Origin: a virus
Taxonomy: Duplodnaviria; Caudoviricetes
Strand: one strand, 5' to 3'
IMG/VR virus record: IMGVR_UViG_3300032799_000270
Span: 1-57,918 of that record
DNA length: 57,918 nucleotides
This document shows positions 1 through 9,828 of the stretch, one piece after another (within the stretch, counting starts at the first letter, position 1; every line of letters begins with the position of its first letter). The notes under the pieces were generated by a model that saw nothing but the letters and a program-made list of their open reading frames with translations, made no database searches and had not been told where the DNA came from. The position numbers and the translations under genes are program-made.

Positions 1-123
1 GCTACGATGAACTCATTGGTGTGGCCTGCGTTCGATCCGAGCCATTCGGCCGTGCCAGTCAGGAAGAACTGGAGGGTTCCGTGGCCGTCGTTGAAGTCGA
101 AATCTCGGTAGTGGGTCAGTTTA
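1..123. repeat. Terminal redundancy identical to 57796-57918; contig is circular (unit about 57,795 bp)
   Basis: First 123 nt (GCTACGATGAAC...GGGTCAGTTTA) equal the last 123 nt. Confidence 0.95.
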
Positions 124-174
124 CAATTCTTGGGGCTTGACTTCGGCCCCGGTCCTGCCATACTGGAATCGATC

Positions 175-426
175 ATGCCTGACCGCTCAAAGAAGCGCCC
201 CCGAGACCCAAATGTCCTGGCGTACCAGGTGATGCTGGAATCGACCGGGCAAGTTGCAAAGTACCAGCCATCGGCCCCCGACCCGGCCAAAAATCCCCAT
301 GCGGTCGCCTTGGGGCGCCTGGGTGGGCTGAAAGGTGGTGCAGCCAGGGCCGCCGCTCTCGAACCCCAAAAACGCTCCCAGATTGCCGCGAAGGCCGCAA
401 AGGCGCGATGGGGGAAGAAGGCGTAG
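175..426 (+). CDS. Small basic KGG/histone-H1-like protein of the type often found beside IS1/IS1595-like transposases
   Basis: KNPHAVALGRLGGLKGG...IAAKAAKARW motif; TTGACT-16-CATACT promoter upstream (137-164). Confidence 0.75.
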   Translation: MPDRSKKRPRDPNVLAYQVMLESTGQVAKYQPSAPDPAKNPHAVALGRLGGLKGGAARAAALEPQKRSQIAAKAAKARWGKKA

Positions 427-876
427 CTATGCATTCCCGCCTCGTCTAGATTCCACGGTCTGCTTCAGGAGATAAAGCCCCTCTCGCAGGGCTTCCACTG
501 TGCCGCGCAGTGTCTTAATCTCTGCCGTCCTTGTTTCGGTCTCTCCCTTTATGCTTTTTGCAAGACTCTCTAGGGATTGTGCGGTTTCTTCCTTGGCGGC
601 CTGCATGGTCTTCAGTAAGGCTTCCGTGGTCTTCTGTTGGGTAGCCCGCAAAGTGTTCAGTACCCAACTTCGGCAGCGATCAAAAGCCCACAGCGCCAGA
701 ATACACAGCGATAGGAAGGCGGCTCCGCGAAATCCGTACATCCAGGGCATCGGGATGGCCGATAGAGTACTCCCGATCAACATACGCAAGACCTCCAGGG
801 CAAAATCCCCAATGCCCACGGCCGACACCGCGATTGCAATGCGATCTTTGGTTGCCTGTGACATGGCGTAGAGCAT
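427..876 (-). CDS. IS passenger membrane protein (2 TM segments plus coiled coil); start uncertain
   Basis: Hydrophobic N-terminal segments followed by a heptad-rich C-terminus. Confidence 0.55.
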   Translation of the reverse strand: MLYAMSQATKDRIAIAVSAVGIGDFALEVLRMLIGSTLSAIPMPWMYGFRGAAFLSLCILALWAFDRCRSWVLNTLRATQQKTTEALLKTMQAAKEETAQSLESLAKSIKGETETRTAEIKTLRGTVEALREGLYLLKQTVESRRGGNA

Positions 877-1016
877 ATCACCTGCGGATCTGCCTGAGCT
901 TCGTCTCCTGGCCAAAATGACCCATTCAGTAGACCATCATAACGAATCTGGAAAACACGCACGTCTTTTTGCATTTTTCTATTGACTTTTATGCTTGACC
1001 GCTGTACAATTGAATC

Positions 1017-1841
1017 ATGAACAGGCTGGACAGCACAAAGCGGGCGCAAGTGGTTGCGGCGCTGGTAGAAGGCAATTCGATCCGGGCCACGGTTCGCATG
1101 ACCGGGGTTGCCAAGAACACGGTTGCGAAACTTCTGGTAGAGCTTGGGGCCGCCTGTGCGGACTACTTGAACAGGGCTCTCGTCAACCTCCCCTGCAAGA
1201 GGATTCAATGCGATGAAATCTGGTCGTTCGTCGGAGCCAAGCAGAAGAACGTCACCCGCAAGATGGCAGAGCGACAGATCTGCGGGGATACGTGGACCTG
1301 GGTTGCGATGGACGCGGACAGCAAGTTGGTGTGCTCTTGGCTGGTCGGGAAGAGGGATGCCGGATGCGCCACGGAGTTTCTTCAGGACTTGTCGGGGCGC
1401 TTGGCAAATCGAGTGCAGCTTACGACCGATGGTCTGAAAATCTACCTGAACGCAATTATCGACGCCTTTGCAAACGACATCGACTATGCCATCCTGCACA
1501 AGCTCTACGGGACGGATCGGAAGACCGAAGCCCGATACAGCCCGGCGAAGTGCATCGGCTGCGAAAAACACGAAATGCTTGGGGAACCCGATCCCAAGCA
1601 CATCTCGACCAGCTACGTTGAGCGACAGAACCTCACTATGCGGATGCAGATGCGCCGGTTCACCCGGCTGACAAACGCCTTCTCGAAGAAGATCGAAAAC
1701 CATGTGGCCGCTATCGCTCTTCACTACATGCACTACAACTTCTGCCGCATCCATCAGACGCTCCGCGTCACTCCTGCGATGGAGGCTGGCCTTTCGGATC
1801 ACGTGTGGGAGGTTCAGGAGTTGCTTGCCCTTCTGTCTTAG
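1017..1841 (+). CDS. IS1-family DDE transposase with N-terminal HTH
   Basis: HTH (SIRATVRMTGVAKNTV), CDEIWSFVG, TTDG, TSYVERQNLTMR..RRFTR motifs; TTGACT-17-TACAAT promoter 6 nt before ATG. Confidence 0.92.
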   Translation: MNRLDSTKRAQVVAALVEGNSIRATVRMTGVAKNTVAKLLVELGAACADYLNRALVNLPCKRIQCDEIWSFVGAKQKNVTRKMAERQICGDTWTWVAMDADSKLVCSWLVGKRDAGCATEFLQDLSGRLANRVQLTTDGLKIYLNAIIDAFANDIDYAILHKLYGTDRKTEARYSPAKCIGCEKHEMLGEPDPKHISTSYVERQNLTMRMQMRRFTRLTNAFSKKIENHVAAIALHYMHYNFCRIHQTLRVTPAMEAGLSDHVWEVQELLALLS

Positions 1842-2760
1842 GTATGTTCTGCACTATTTCACCTGCCTTTTTCAGGAACGCCTCTCTTTCGCGTGGAGTC
1901 AGTGTCTCTAGATCACCAGCGGCGATCGCCAAGGTTAAACCGGCCGGTACCCTTGCGTACGGATCATTGATGGTATTCAACCCCGCCTTCAGCATTGTTC
2001 TCACAACCTCTGTTACATGAGCTTTATGCAGATCCCGAACGCTTTCAGCAAAAGTGACAAGTTCCCGCTCTAGGCGCACCATCGACATTCCGGTATCGGC
2101 GCACGAAAGAAGGATCGCATTGACATAGCTATCGTAGGCACGAAGCCTGTCAGCCATTTCCCTGATGTATGCTTGGTCTTCAATGAAAATCCCATTTTGA
2201 CGCACAATAGCCACCGAAAACGGACCCTTCACGTAGTTTGATGTGTTCTCTGCCACGGTGAGCATGTATAACGCGGCCAATACTCCCTGGGAAACGCTGA
2301 TCTGCTCTCGGAAGAACTTTCTCAAAACGTGAGTGTACAGCGGGATCTCCCATCCCACCACCTCATATGCGTCAATGCGTATAAGGCGCTGATCTTTTGT
2401 GACCCATACCTCGTAGCCCTCTGACGACACCGCAGCTACTAGAAAACCAAGATACTTATCCTCTTCTGAAGCTGAAAAAGTAGAGACCTCATCCCTCTTG
2501 AATAACTCCAACTCTGTTTCGAAGATGTGCTGAAAGTCAATCAAAGAGGAACTGAGCTCAGTGGCCATTCGTCGCACCATCCGCTCCACGAATGAATCAA
2601 TCAACTCTGATAGGCCACTCCCGGCAATCACCACTGCGAACTGGCCCATCAGTTTCTGCTCTACTTTGTCCCGTGATGAGCGGTAGTACCCCGCAGTCTC
2701 TTGCGTGTTAGCACAGAGGACAACACCATCTGGGCAGCGAATTCCAGTGATCAACGTCAT
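1768..2760 (-). CDS. Ntn-hydrolase, proteasome beta-subunit-like protein (IS passenger)
   Basis: N-terminus M-T-LITGIRCPDGVVLCANTQET with Thr as putative nucleophile; IAGSG; late YVKGPFSVAIV strand. Confidence 0.7.
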   Translation of the reverse strand: MTLITGIRCPDGVVLCANTQETAGYYRSSRDKVEQKLMGQFAVVIAGSGLSELIDSFVERMVRRMATELSSSLIDFQHIFETELELFKRDEVSTFSASEEDKYLGFLVAAVSSEGYEVWVTKDQRLIRIDAYEVVGWEIPLYTHVLRKFFREQISVSQGVLAALYMLTVAENTSNYVKGPFSVAIVRQNGIFIEDQAYIREMADRLRAYDSYVNAILLSCADTGMSMVRLERELVTFAESVRDLHKAHVTEVVRTMLKAGLNTINDPYARVPAGLTLAIAAGDLETLTPREREAFLKKAGEIVQNIPKTEGQATPEPPTRDPKGQPPSQE

Positions 2761-2896
2761 ACGTCTCTCCTTGGGTTTGGCTTCCCAAGGATACCGCCGA
2801 TGCTTGAGCGGTACAACGGGCTGCTTGGGGTCACCCTTGGGAGCATGCTTCATCCCCTTGGTGCAAGGGGCCAGAATGTTAAACTGACCCACTACC

Positions 2897-2964
2897 CCAC
2901 ATACGGGGCAAATCACCACCTCGCAGTTGCCGAAGTGATCGCCGCTCGTGGCTCCGCTACCCAT
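2897..2964 (-). pseudogene. 5' stub of a gene truncated by the IS right end
   Basis: ATG directly after a dispersed-repeat copy (as at 5219 and 57458), reading MGSGATSGDHFGNCEVVICPVCG into the IR. Confidence 0.45.
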
Positions 2965-2979
2965 TATCCGGCTACCTGC

Positions 2980-3024
2980 GGGGAACGACACCTACGGTTT
3001 TTTCCCCTCCCCTTTTTCTTCCCT
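2980..3024 (-). repeat. Dispersed ~45-bp hairpin element, copy 1
   Basis: Similar to 5235-5280, 5819-5862, 49354-49398, 52053-52095 and 57474-57519. Confidence 0.85.
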
Positions 3025-3056
3025 CAAAACGGAGCGGCGGGCTGGAAACGTGCCAC

Positions 3057-3599
3057 TCAGGACTTCTTCTTCAAGCGGCTCAGACCGAGTAGCCCCAATC
3101 CCACCAGCACCAAGCTCGCTGGCTCGGGGACTGGGTTGATCTGCTCGGTCCAGACATGGGGGGCACCGTCGCAGTTCCGTGAGGCTGGGCCGGAGTAATA
3201 TGTGCTCCCCGTCGTGAGGTCTCGGAACTGGATTATCAGTTCCACATCCGGCGTGTAGCTGAACGTCACGGGGCCGGGCGTCGAAGCGTTGATGTGCTGG
3301 CCGGCTACGATGAACTCATTGGTGTGGCCTGCGTTCGATCCGAGCCATTCGGCCGTGCCTGAGGTGAGGAACATAATCGTGCCGTGGCCGTCGTTGAAAT
3401 CGAAATCTCCATTGATCCCTGGAGCCGTGTTGCCCCAGTTGTCATTGGCCCATACGTCCCAGGTCGAGCCTGGTATGCCGATGATGAGACGGCCGATGCC
3501 CGGGTCGGAAAGGCTCAACGGAATCCCGTCTGGATTCATAACGGGTGTGGCCTGTAGCGAGAAGCAGGCCAGGAACAGGACTGCGAATAGGTTCTTCAT
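3057..3599 (-). CDS. PEP-CTERM sorting-domain surface protein
   Basis: Signal peptide MKNLFAVLFLACFSLQA; C-terminal VPEPASLVLVGLGLLGLSRLKKKS. Confidence 0.92.
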   Translation of the reverse strand: MKNLFAVLFLACFSLQATPVMNPDGIPLSLSDPGIGRLIIGIPGSTWDVWANDNWGNTAPGINGDFDFNDGHGTIMFLTSGTAEWLGSNAGHTNEFIVAGQHINASTPGPVTFSYTPDVELIIQFRDLTTGSTYYSGPASRNCDGAPHVWTEQINPVPEPASLVLVGLGLLGLSRLKKKS

Positions 3600-3640
3600 G
3601 TGGTCTCCATTTCAAGTTTCGTTTTGATCCGTTCTCCTTC

Positions 3641-3685
3641 AGTATACCCCTCCTCTTGACTGATGGTCAAGCCTCATGTTATGCT
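3641..3685. promoter_or_regulatory. Overlapping divergent sigma70 promoters with palindromic operator TTGAC-TGATG-GTCAA (3656-3670)
   Basis: Rightward TTGACT-18-TATGCT; leftward TTGACC-18-TATACT; the palindrome covers both -35 boxes. Confidence 0.7.
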
Positions 3686-3691
3686 TTAGAC

Positions 3692-4000
3692 GTGGCCAAG
3701 CCCACTACCAAAGATCCTCTGTTGCGGCTGGTGAACCCGGTCCAGGACGCCCTGAACCGCATGAGCTATTCGGACATCGCCCGGAAGAGTTGCATGACGC
3801 TCAGCTTCATCTCGCTGCTGTTCCGCGGGCGGCGCCACGCCAAAGCCGAGACGCTGAGCAAGATCGCCAAAGTGCTGGGAGTGACGATGGATGAGCTGCA
3901 CAGTCATCTCTCGAAGCTCGGCAAGGATGGCCGGCGGTACGGCTGGGGGAAGGCGCAAGTGCTACGCAGCAAACAACGGACCACTGAGATCGAGACATGA
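3692..4000 (+). CDS. XRE/Cro-like HTH transcriptional regulator (GTG start, probably leaderless)
   Basis: SYSDIARKSCMTLSFISLLFRGRRHAKAETLSKIAKVLGVTMDEL. Confidence 0.85.
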   Translation: MAKPTTKDPLLRLVNPVQDALNRMSYSDIARKSCMTLSFISLLFRGRRHAKAETLSKIAKVLGVTMDELHSHLSKLGKDGRRYGWGKAQVLRSKQRTTEIET

Positions 4001-4117
4001 AGATCAGATGGTTACCTTGGATGTGCTCCATCTTCAGAGAGGCCATGATCGCTGACTATGCAAATCCCATAAGGAAGAACCACTGGGCTTGGTTTGTATG
4101 GTGGCTCGGAGCAAAAC

Positions 4118-4714
4118 TCAAGCGTCGAGTTGTCTCAGCCGCTTGAGCACGGTACTTCTGGAAACCCCCAGTGAGTTGGCCATCATGGCCAGGCTGTAGC
4201 CCTTCTTCTGCATCTTGGCGAGTTGTTTCGTGTTGATCGTCAAGGGGCGCCGTCCGAAAGTCTTGCCCTCCAGTTTGCACCTGGCGATCCCCGCCTTGAC
4301 CCGTTCCGAGATCCGGTTGCGCTCCAAAGCAGCCACAGCCGCCAGAATCGCCATGACGGCCTCCCGGAAGGGCCCCAGCGTGTCGAGGTACTGTTCCTGG
4401 AGGCTCAGGAAGCGGATACCCATGCGATCAAGCTCCTTGAGCCCGTGGAGCGTGGCGTAGGCGCCTTCTCGGCTGAAACGGTCCAGGCTCCAGAACAGCA
4501 AGAGATCCCACTTCCGGCCGGGCTTGGCGGCATCCTGGAAGAGCCGGTTGTAGGCTTCGCGCTGCTTGCCCTGGCTTGCCGATTCCCGGTCTTCGTACAC
4601 CTGGGCTACTTTCCAGCCCTTCGACTGGGCTAGGGCCTGGAGCTGCAAGAGCTGGTTGCGGGGGTCCTGGTCCTTGTCACGGCTCGAGACGCGGATGTAG
4701 AGGGCGCAGGTCAT
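4118..4714 (-). CDS. Small serine recombinase (resolvase/invertase family)
   Basis: YIRVSS catalytic motif, LDRFSR, ERNRISERVKAG..FGRRP, C-terminal HTH; no large recombinase domain. Confidence 0.95.
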   Translation of the reverse strand: MTCALYIRVSSRDKDQDPRNQLLQLQALAQSKGWKVAQVYEDRESASQGKQREAYNRLFQDAAKPGRKWDLLLFWSLDRFSREGAYATLHGLKELDRMGIRFLSLQEQYLDTLGPFREAVMAILAAVAALERNRISERVKAGIARCKLEGKTFGRRPLTINTKQLAKMQKKGYSLAMMANSLGVSRSTVLKRLRQLDA

Positions 4715-5035
4715 CGGGACTCAAGATTCTTCAGTTGTTTTGTGGATGCTTCTGCCATCGTCGCTTCTCCCCATAAGACACCCTTCTCGTACTTGCCGCA
4801 TCTGGCACAGAGCCGCTCCACATCCGTCATCCCGGTCCCCAGAAGGGCAAACTCCGGTAGCCCCATGCAGCACGCCAACAGCAATAGCATATTGAATTTG
4901 AGAGCAAGGGCGCCGTCCTCGAATTTAGGAGGAGGGTTGAAGTTGGTGGTCGCAATCCAGTCATGTCCCTTTCTGCGGCACTTGCGTTTGCGGAAGAAGC
5001 GGGAGACGCGGATGTAGAGGGCGCAGGTCATCGGG
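4686..5035. repeat. Perfect 33-bp direct repeat (4686-4718 and 5003-5035) duplicating the recombinase start
   Basis: GAGACGCGGATGTAGAGGGCGCAGGTCATCGGG twice, 317 bp apart. Confidence 0.92.
4711..5031 (-). CDS. Hypothetical Cys/His (Zn-binding-like) membrane protein sharing its first 10 aa with the recombinase
   Basis: MTCALYIRVS start, CRRKGHDW...CARCG. Confidence 0.6.
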   Translation of the reverse strand: MTCALYIRVSRFFRKRKCRRKGHDWIATTNFNPPPKFEDGALALKFNMLLLLACCMGLPEFALLGTGMTDVERLCARCGKYEKGVLWGEATMAEASTKQLKNLESR

Positions 5036-5234
5036 CTTGCCGCTTTATGGTGCGTGCTTTCTTAGAGGCGGCGTTCGCCAGATCATAGACGCCATACTGT
5101 TTTGCCCACCGCATGACAGTCTCGACCGTGGCCAGTCCTCTACATCGTCGGAGCACATCCCAGTAGGTTTCTACCTCAGAGCTGGAGGGATTTGGGAACA
5201 GGCGCATTTTGGGGGTCATAATCCGTCTACTTCA

Positions 5235-5280
5235 GGGGAACGCAACCTACGGTTTCTTTCCCCTGGCCCTTTTCTTCCCT
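5235..5280 (-). repeat. Dispersed ~45-bp hairpin element, copy 2
   Basis: GGGGAACGCAACCTACGGTTTCTTTCCCCTGGCCCTTTTCTTCCCT. Confidence 0.85.
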
Positions 5281-5818
5281 TCAGCCAGGCGTGCGCGCAG
5301 GCTGAGCAGAACCACCGCTTCGGAAGCCTCTTCCCCGGTTTGACATGGAAGACATGCCCGCACTTCAGGGTCAGCACGACCCGTAGTCCGGTTCCCAGAT
5401 TCTCGGGCGGCTCGGAGGAAACCACCCGGCGCGGAAACGCGAAGCGGAGCCAGTGGGCGAGCCGGTAGGCAGGCGGGGCTGGTTTCTGCCACTCCGGTTT
5501 AGAGTCGAAAGTCATCATGAGACTCCTCCAATTCTGTAGCGCGGGAACAGCCGGTACAGTTTCAGCTTCCACCACAACCAACCCAAACTGCTCTCGCCCT
5601 CTGGCTTTCCGCGAGGCTTGATGTTGGGGCTGAGTATCCATTCGAGCATCAGCACGGCCGATTCGTTATCGACCACGCCAAGGTGCGGCTGCACAGCGGC
5701 CATGGACTTCGCCAGCAGCTTCCGGCGGTAAAAAAGCTCTTCTTGGATCTCAGCCTCGGTCTTCACTTCTGCCGCCTCTTCTCCGGGGACCGGCGTGTCA
5801 TTGGTCAGTTACCTGATT

Positions 5819-5862
5819 GGGACGCAACCTGCGGTTTCTTCCCCCTCGCCCCCTGCTTCCCT
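5819..5862 (-). repeat. Dispersed ~45-bp hairpin element, copy 3
   Basis: GGGACGCAACCTGCGGTTTCTTCCCCCTCGCCCCCTGCTTCCCT. Confidence 0.85.
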
Positions 5863-7970
5863 TCCGCTTCCAGCTCCTGCAAGAGTTGAGCTTTATTACG
5901 CGCCAATCTTCTGCCCAGCCTTGCCAGGGCGGGCACTTCTCGTTTCAGTTGGGCCAACAATGCTTCCGCGGTCGAGAATTCAATTTGTGCAGTCTTCACA
6001 TGCAGCTTTGCGCGATCCAGATACGAAGCGCCCGTGTCGAAGTGCGTAAGCGCGGAAGCCATCATCGACGATTGCAGTTCGTCCAGATGTGGCAGCTTCA
6101 CTTGGTCCTCCTCAATGGCGGATTCCGTGGTTTACCCCTCAGGCAATCGCAGACGTGGCAGCCGTCAAACAGATGCTTGCGCGAGTTCTGGCAGTCGGGA
6201 GGGCACGGGACATTGGCAATCGGCGGGCAGTGGGGTTTGAGCACCTGCCAGTGGGCTTGGTAGTCAACCTTCTTGCAAGCAGCCTGAAATGTCGGCAGCA
6301 CAATCGCAGTCAGGGTTGCTAGAGACTGGAGAGCGCCGTAACAGAACGCCAACTCCACATCAGGAGAGAAGCTGTCTCTCTTAGGCTTGCCACGGTCTTT
6401 CCTGGGTTGGCGCATCGCTCCCTCACCTCGGCATGACCACCGGCGTGGCGCCGCTCAGCGGGATGTCCTCATGGCGTTCCACCGTGACGATGAGATGCTC
6501 TCCAGGCCGAAGTTCCAAGGCCAGGAAGCGAGCGAACTCGCCAGCCTTGTCGGCTACGACGGCCCCTACCTGCCTGAGTTCCAAGATCTGCCGTTCGCTT
6601 TCAGATTCAGAACTGACCGACACGCGCATGGAGAAATTTGCCAGCCTCGGCATACCCCAACCCGGAGGCGGCTCGGCAGGCTTCGGGAACATCTCCTTCA
6701 TGGTCTCGGAAAACGCCTGAAGGAAGTAATCTGTCTTGTCCTTCACCGTCACCAGAGACGGATGCACACGGCGCAGTCTTCTTCGAGTTGCTTCAGCCAC
6801 AACAGTCTCCTTGTTCAACGTTTTCTCGGCGGCAACCAGCCCTTCACCGCCGGCCAGACCACATACAGGATCAACACAGCCACAGCCACCCAGACCCACC
6901 AGGGGGTTGCGTTCATAGCTCCCGGGTCCTTCCCGCATACCGCCCCTCGGTCTCGGCAGTCCCACATAGGCAACGCCAATAGCGGACCTTCCGAATGTTC
7001 TCTCCCAGCCGCTTGACGAAAGTAAAACGACGCGTAGGAAACAAGCACCGATGCCCGGTCCAACGACAAAACCGGAAGCACTGCGGAGTGTTCACTTGCC
7101 GCTCCAGATCATCTCGCACTTCGCCCTATGAACCGGCTCTTGCCGCTTCCTGGCCCGTCTCCAACTGCACCACCAGCACAGCACGACCCAGCGTACCCAG
7201 ATACCTTCGTCGGTCGCACGCCGGCGCACGAAGAGGCCCAGTCCCGTAGGCTTGCCATCGCGGATGTCACCGACGAAGAACAGTTTACGTTTCCACTTCG
7301 AGTCATGCGGGCACGCGAGCACGGTCTCGCCGTCGCGGGGCTGGTCGAAAGAGGCGGGTTGGCTCATACCGTCCTCCTGATCTTGGCCGCCAACTCTTCG
7401 AGCCGGGGTACGAGATTTTCAACTGGGACTGCTTCAATCTGTAAATTGGCCATGTGACCGACGCAGAGCAGAATCCCGTGCTCATCATAGAAGGCCGGTC
7501 GATCACAGCCCTTGACAACGCAACACGGCTTGGCAATGAGCGTCTTGCTGTCGTTCTCCACGAACTGAGTGGGACGTCCGTTCATGGTTTCAATCCATCC
7601 AGGTTTCTGAACCCCGGCTTGGCCCCTGGAGTCTCACCATGCACCGGGCAGGTGGTTAGGTTCACCGCCACGCCTCCGGTAGAGGTTCGGATACAGCGGC
7701 ACTCCGAGTCCCCGATATAGTGAGCCTTCAGGCCAAGGTACGCTTTCCTTGTGACCGAGAATTGCGGCTCGGGTAGTTGGAGGGCCGACATGTCCCCCAG
7801 CAACGCCAGGACGGCTCGATACAAAGTCAGGTACTCTTTCTCGTACCCTCCATTTCTGAGCGCATCTCGGAAGTTCTCGGCGTCTTTGCGTGTTCGGACA
7901 CAACCCGAAGAGGCGACCTTGACGAGCAAGGCCGCCCCTCCTTCGGTCCCTGGTGCGACAGACGGGAAGC

Positions 7971-8549
7971 TCATACGCCGAGCTTGGTTGCGATCTTGTT
8001 CACCGTGCCTTCGATCCTGACCACCGCTGCGGCCGTGGCTTGGGCCTGGTCGGCCACCTGTTCCGGTTCGGTCTGCACGTCGATGTTGCGGATCTCCCAG
8101 CCCGCCATGTGCGACGGGCGCCGGATCTTCTGAGTCGGGCTGAGCGGGCCGTTGAGCGGAACCGGGACCGTATTGCCCGTGCCCGGTGCGCTGCCACCCA
8201 CCGTGGTGGGCTTGATGTTCAGCTTGATGGCCTGGGGAACCGGCAGTGCCAGATTCTCCAGCACGCCCTCCTGGTTGGCGTCGGCCTTGTCCCTGAAACA
8301 GTAGTGATACACTACCCATGGCAGACCGCCAATCTGAAAGTGCATCTTGGTCTTTGGCTTCGGACTCTCGCCCGGGCCGGGTTCGGGATCGGGTTCGCCA
8401 GCCTTGGGATCAAACCAGAGCTTCTGGTCTTCCGTGGCGACGTAGGTTTTGGCTCCAGGAGCGCCGGCGGCTGCCGCGTCCTCCTGGGTTGCGAAAGTTC
8501 GGGCGACCTGGTGGCCCTCAAGGGATTCCCAGGCCGGTTTGGTTTCCAT
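7971..8549 (-). CDS. Hypothetical protein
   Basis: 192-aa ORF with AAGGAGAG RBS. Confidence 0.7.
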   Translation of the reverse strand: METKPAWESLEGHQVARTFATQEDAAAAGAPGAKTYVATEDQKLWFDPKAGEPDPEPGPGESPKPKTKMHFQIGGLPWVVYHYCFRDKADANQEGVLENLALPVPQAIKLNIKPTTVGGSAPGTGNTVPVPLNGPLSPTQKIRRPSHMAGWEIRNIDVQTEPEQVADQAQATAAAVVRIEGTVNKIATKLGV

Positions 8550-8924
8550 CGTTTCTCTCCTTGTCTGCTTGTTTTCGTTGTAGACTTCTCTGGGTACTGC
8601 TAACCTCCCGGCGGTGTCGGCGGCGGGATCGTCGGCAAGCTGCCTACCATCGCCTCCACACCGTCAGCCGTGGTGGCCAACCCCTGAGCCATTTGGCCGA
8701 GCGTCCCGGCCAATTGGTTGAGCCGGGTCTGAGCGTTCGGCAATGCGGCTCGCAGGGCGTCATTCTCCGCCTTCAGCACGCCCACGCCGGTCTGTACTCT
8801 GGGCCATGCCGTGTTCAGCCGGGCCAAAGCTGCGTTGGCCGCGGCGAGTTGCGTTTCAACTGCTGCAAAATCGAGTTCCACTTTGGTCCTCCAAAACAAT
8901 CGGTACATCCATGTCCATCTCATT

Positions 8925-9458
8925 CTACTTGGCTCGGAGCCGGATCGACCACACCCCGTCTTTGTCCACAGTCACCAGGAAGTCCTGGGCGTCGTATCTC
9001 AAGCCCGGCCGAGGGATGAAGTCCGTCAGGTCGTAGTTCAGATACAGGACCTGCCAAACACCCTGCCGGCAGACGTAGGGCCGCAATGCTGAAACTACTT
9101 GACCAGCTTCATCGTGAATTGGTCGCAGGGTCAAGGCTCCCTTGGGAGCGGAGCAGGGCAGACCGACCGCCAGCTCTACCTCGGGAACATCGATCCAGTG
9201 CAGCACTTTCTCGGGATCGAAGACTCCTGAGGTCCCCGGCGCCGGCAGAATCCCAGCTTTCCAGATCACGAACGGCAGACCGCGGGGATCCGTCTCGACC
9301 GTCATCCCTTCGGGCAGGGTGGCGTAGCGCCAACATTGGTCGGAGGGATGCTGAGGGCAGAACCAGTCGTAGATCGGGATGAGCCATCGGTCCCGAGGAC
9401 CGATGACTTGAGCGTGGAGGCCGGTCCAGCAAACCAACAGGCACAACCATGCTCTCAC
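8925..9458 (-). CDS. Hypothetical secreted protein
   Basis: Signal peptide MRAWLCLLVCWTGLHA-Q. Confidence 0.65.
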   Translation of the reverse strand: MRAWLCLLVCWTGLHAQVIGPRDRWLIPIYDWFCPQHPSDQCWRYATLPEGMTVETDPRGLPFVIWKAGILPAPGTSGVFDPEKVLHWIDVPEVELAVGLPCSAPKGALTLRPIHDEAGQVVSALRPYVCRQGVWQVLYLNYDLTDFIPRPGLRYDAQDFLVTVDKDGVWSIRLRAK

Positions 9459-9826
9459 GGGATCACCTGCGTAATGACGAAACCAAGGCGCTTCATCACT
9501 TGTGGGAAGTGCTCTTGGGCCAGTCCGATCATCTCATCGAAAGTGAAGATGCCTTGCGCCAGAAAGTTGCTGTTGCTTTTCCCTCGGTGATCTACGGAGC
9601 GATCCCAGAAGGACAAGACGGTCCAACCATCTTTTTGACGGAGGACTGCCAGACCTTCTATTTCTGGGCCCACAGGGCACAGGCCAGAATCGATATTAGC
9701 CCTCCATGGATTTGTGTAGATCAGCTCCGACACTGCTCTCCGCTCCTCAAGGGTTTGCGCCGGAGTCGAGGGATGCATGTAGTGGCCTGTCGTGTCAATG
9801 CAGCCGAAATAGTAGACTGTAGCCAT
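9455..9826 (-). CDS. Hypothetical phage protein
   Basis: Coupled ORF; YYFGC..GHY and GWTVLSFWDRSVDHRG motifs. Confidence 0.65.
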   Translation of the reverse strand: MATVYYFGCIDTTGHYMHPSTPAQTLEERRAVSELIYTNPWRANIDSGLCPVGPEIEGLAVLRQKDGWTVLSFWDRSVDHRGKSNSNFLAQGIFTFDEMIGLAQEHFPQVMKRLGFVITQVIP

Positions 9827-9828
9827 GT

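Larger units (their letters stand above)
107..2896. mobile_element. IS1-family-like element (2.79 kb) with passenger genes
   Basis: 24-bp terminal inverted repeats GGTAGTGGGTCAGTTTACAATTCT (107-130) and AGAATGTTAAACTGACCCACTACC (2873-2896), 22/24 match; internal DDE transposase; no target-site duplication. Confidence 0.9.

Noticed and set aside
1-123. Terminal repeat as a biological direct terminal repeat or att site
   Set aside because: It starts mid-pseudogene and ends inside an IS inverted repeat; more likely an assembly overlap
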